Source: a bacterium
Lineage (GTDB): Bacteria; JADJOY01
Assembly: GCA_046331705.1 (NCBI GenBank)
Contig: JAXLQJ010000008.1
Location: forward strand, 135,836-199,835
Direction of reading: 5' to 3'
Length of the DNA stretch: 64,000 nucleotides
Below the pieces are notes generated by a model. That model ran no database searches and had not been told where the DNA came from. It saw only the letters and a program-made list of their open reading frames with translations. This document shows, in pieces, positions 61,782 to 64,000 of this stretch (the stretch's first letter is position 1; every line of letters starts with the position of its first letter). The translations under genes and the position numbers were made by a program.

Positions 61782-62834
61782 ATGACGCACACCGACCCCA
61801 ACGGCCCGATTCTCGTCCTCTACTCCGTGGACGTGGAGCTCTCGCTCGGTCCCGATCCCGAAGGCGTCAAGGCGGTCCTCGAATCGGTCCACGCCATCCC
61901 GCGCGCCCTCGAGCGGCGCGGGGTCGAGGTGCTCACTCGCTCGGTCACCGACGCGCCGTCGATCCTGCGCGTGTTGGAGGAAGTGCGTCCCTCGGGGGTC
62001 TTCAACCTGATCGAGTCGCTGCTCGGCCGGGCGATGCTCGAATCGGCCGCGGCCTGGATGCTCGAGCACGCCGGCGTGCCGTATACCGGCGCCGCGGCGT
62101 TCACGCTCGGCCTCTGTCAGCGCAAGCCGCTCGCCAAGACGTTGCTCGACGGCCTCGGGCTGCCGAACGCGCGCGGCCGCGCGATCCGTCCCGGCCTCGA
62201 GCGTGGCGCCGCGCTCACGCTGCTCGGCGAGCTTCGCTACCCCTGCATCGTCAAGCCCGGCTGTGACGACGGCAGCGTGGGCATCGATGCCTCCTCCGTG
62301 GTGTCCTCCGCGGCGGCCGCGTACGAGCGTGCGCGCGCGCTGATGGAGAAGGTCGAGGGCGACGCGCTGGTGGAGGAGTTCGTGTCGGGGCCCGAGCTCA
62401 ACGTCGCGGTCTTCGGCGATGGCGACGACGCCTTCACGCTGCCGCTCTCCATGATCGACTTCAAGCTGCCGCCCGGCATCCCGCCGATCGTCACCTACGC
62501 GGGCAAGTGGTTCCCCGACAGCCCCGAATACCAGGGCACCCAAGTGATCTGCCCGGCGCCGATCCCCGAGGACGTGGCCGAGCGCGCCCGCGCCGTGGCG
62601 CTGGCGGCCTACCGCGCGATCGGGCTGCGCGAGTACGGACGCATCGACATGCGGCTCACGCCGGAACACGAGATCCGCATCCTCGAGGTCAACCCCAATC
62701 CCGACCTCGATCCGCAAGCCGGCTACGCGCGCTCGGCGCGCCACCACGGCTGGGACTACGATGAGCTCATCTTCCGCATCGTCGACTCCGCGCGCACCCG
62801 CTGGCGTCGCGACGCGACCCATCAGCCGCGCTGA
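61782..62834 (+). CDS. ATP-grasp domain protein (D-Ala-D-Ala-ligase-like fold)
   Basis: Reads RYPCIVKPGCDDGSVGID...LVEEFVSGPELNVAVFGDGDDAF...GRIDMRLTPEHEIRILEVNPNPDL. Confidence 0.75.
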   Translation: MTHTDPNGPILVLYSVDVELSLGPDPEGVKAVLESVHAIPRALERRGVEVLTRSVTDAPSILRVLEEVRPSGVFNLIESLLGRAMLESAAAWMLEHAGVPYTGAAAFTLGLCQRKPLAKTLLDGLGLPNARGRAIRPGLERGAALTLLGELRYPCIVKPGCDDGSVGIDASSVVSSAAAAYERARALMEKVEGDALVEEFVSGPELNVAVFGDGDDAFTLPLSMIDFKLPPGIPPIVTYAGKWFPDSPEYQGTQVICPAPIPEDVAERARAVALAAYRAIGLREYGRIDMRLTPEHEIRILEVNPNPDLDPQAGYARSARHHGWDYDELIFRIVDSARTRWRRDATHQPR

Positions 62835-63285
62835 TCGCGAGCCCATCCGCGCGATCCTCGAGCGCACCGGCGTCTTCACGGCCGAGGAGATCCAGGTCGC
62901 GCTGTCGTTGGTCGACGAGAGCTTCGCGCGGCCCGATCAGCCCGATCCGTACCACTTCGTGGTCGCGGAATCGACCGACGACCGTCGCGTCCTGGGTTAC
63001 GTCTGCTTCGGCACCACGCCCCTCACGACGGGCACCTACGACCTCTACTGGATCGCCGTCGATCCCACCCTCCACGGCGGCGGCATCGGCACGCTGCTGG
63101 TGGACGCGGTGCTCGCGACGATGCGAGCCGACGGCGGGCGGCTGCTGCTGATCGAGACGTCCTCGCGCGCGGATTACGCGAACACGCGCGCCTTCTACGA
63201 ACGCGCCGGGCTCACGATCGAGGCGCGGGTGCGCGATTTCTACTCGCCCGGCGACGATCGCCTCATCTACGCCAAGCGGCTGTGA
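62761..63285 (+). CDS. GNAT-family N-acetyltransferase; start uncertain (overlaps preceding gene by ~70 bp if the ATG at 62761 is used)
   Basis: Reads ISRADREPIRAILERTGVF...YDLYWIAVDPTLHGGGIGTLLVDAVLATMRADGGRLLLIETSSRADYANTRAFYERAGL. Confidence 0.7.
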   Translation: MSSSSASSTPRAPAGVATRPISRADREPIRAILERTGVFTAEEIQVALSLVDESFARPDQPDPYHFVVAESTDDRRVLGYVCFGTTPLTTGTYDLYWIAVDPTLHGGGIGTLLVDAVLATMRADGGRLLLIETSSRADYANTRAFYERAGLTIEARVRDFYSPGDDRLIYAKRL

Positions 63286-63381
63286 TCGGACGCGGGGGCG
63301 TCTCGCACCGCCCCGTCCAACGCCGCGCCGCGATCCCGGCGCGGCGGCTTCCCCGCATGTCGGTGGACCGATCCACCGCGG

Positions 63382-64000
63382 TCACGCCGTCGTGACGGAT
63401 CCACCCAAGAGACCGCGATAGATGATCTCGAGGTCGGCCACGTGCCGGTCGAGGCCGAAGTGCTCGCGCACACGGGCGCGCCCCGCCTCGCCCAGCGCCC
63501 TCGCCCGCTCGGGTTCCGCGATCAGGCTCAGGACCTCGGCGGCCAGATCGGCGGCGTCGCCGGGCTCGCAGAGCATCCCCGTGATCCCCGGCCGCACGAT
63601 CTCGCAGATGCCCCCCACGCCGTACGCCACCACCGGCTTGGCGGCCGCCATCGCCTCCAGCACCACCCGCCCGAACGGCTCGCGGTGCGAGGGCACGACC
63701 ACCACGTCGAGCGCCGCCATCACGTCGGCGACGTCGTCGCGCTGACCGACGAAGCCCACGCGCTCGCGCAAGCCGCGCTCGCCGATCGCCCGCTCCACCT
63801 CGCGGCGGTAGTCGCTCCAGACGCCGTGCAGATCGCTGCCGGCGATCACGAAGCGCGCGTCCGGCTTCACCAGCGCCACGTGAGCAGCCGCGCGCACGAA
63901 GTCGAGCTGGCCCTTGCGCGGCTCGATGCTGCCCACCATCCCGACCAGCGGCGTGCTCTCCCGAGCCCCCCACTCCGCGCGCAGGCGCTGGCGGCCGGCG
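63382..64000 (-). CDS. Glycosyltransferase family 4, C-terminal part (5' end beyond window)
   Basis: Reads MVGSIEPRKGQLDFVRAAAHV...RFVIAGSD...VVVPSHREPFGRVVLEAMAAAKPVVAYGVGGICEIV. Confidence 0.75.
   Translation of the reverse strand, partial: AGRQRLRAEWGARESTPLVGMVGSIEPRKGQLDFVRAAAHVALVKPDARFVIAGSDLHGVWSDYRREVERAIGERGLRERVGFVGQRDDVADVMAALDVVVVPSHREPFGRVVLEAMAAAKPVVAYGVGGICEIVRPGITGMLCEPGDAADLAAEVLSLIAEPERARALGEAGRARVREHFGLDRHVADLEIIYRGLLGGSVTTA

Noticed and set aside
58988-61801. Upstream 450-aa extension of the O-antigen ligase ORF (937 aa total)
   Set aside because: The extension is Arg/Gly-rich junk and runs through the real GT4 gene (60496-61668) in another frame. The ligase is taken to start at the internal ATG at 60460.
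1-64000. CRISPR arrays, tRNA/rRNA genes, insertion sequences or transposases
   Set aside because: No regularly spaced repeats, no tRNA-like T-arm signatures (GTTCGAATC-type) in intergenic regions, and no transposase, integrase or recombinase motifs were found on either strand.

Overview
This is a ~70% GC bacterial chromosomal window, most likely from a Myxococcota-like deltaproteobacterium. The domain repertoire points that way: a PEGA-domain Ser/Thr kinase, an FHA protein, TPR lipoproteins, DUF1963/DUF2330/DUF3426 proteins and a B12 radical SAM enzyme. It spans the chromosomal replication origin: an intact dnaA starts at 26008 and is preceded by about 1 kb of non-coding DNA. That non-coding stretch contains an AT-rich island and DnaA-box-like motifs.

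The left 25 kb carries a TetR-regulated tripartite ABC efflux locus (MFP, two ATPases, a TolC-like OMP, two ABC-2 permeases). It also carries a secreted metalloprotease, a DUF2330/RnfD-like gene pair, a PilZ plus GspE/PilB-family ATPase pair, and nagZ. Further along are two paralogous GT2 (GT21/HpnI-like) glycosyltransferases, an orphan pseudopilin, and a kinase/FHA/TPR signalling module.

The right 38 kb carries housekeeping genes (argS, asnS, tatA, an inositol monophosphatase), envelope proteins, a penicillin-acylase-family Ntn hydrolase, and a large cell-surface glycan (LPS/EPS-type) biosynthesis cluster from 51 to 64 kb.

The two halves differ sharply in reading-frame integrity. Almost every gene left of dnaA is broken by multiple frameshifts, and one by an in-frame TAA. 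Genes right of the origin read cleanly. No tRNA, rRNA, CRISPR array or transposase was recognised. All coordinates of frameshifted genes are approximate.
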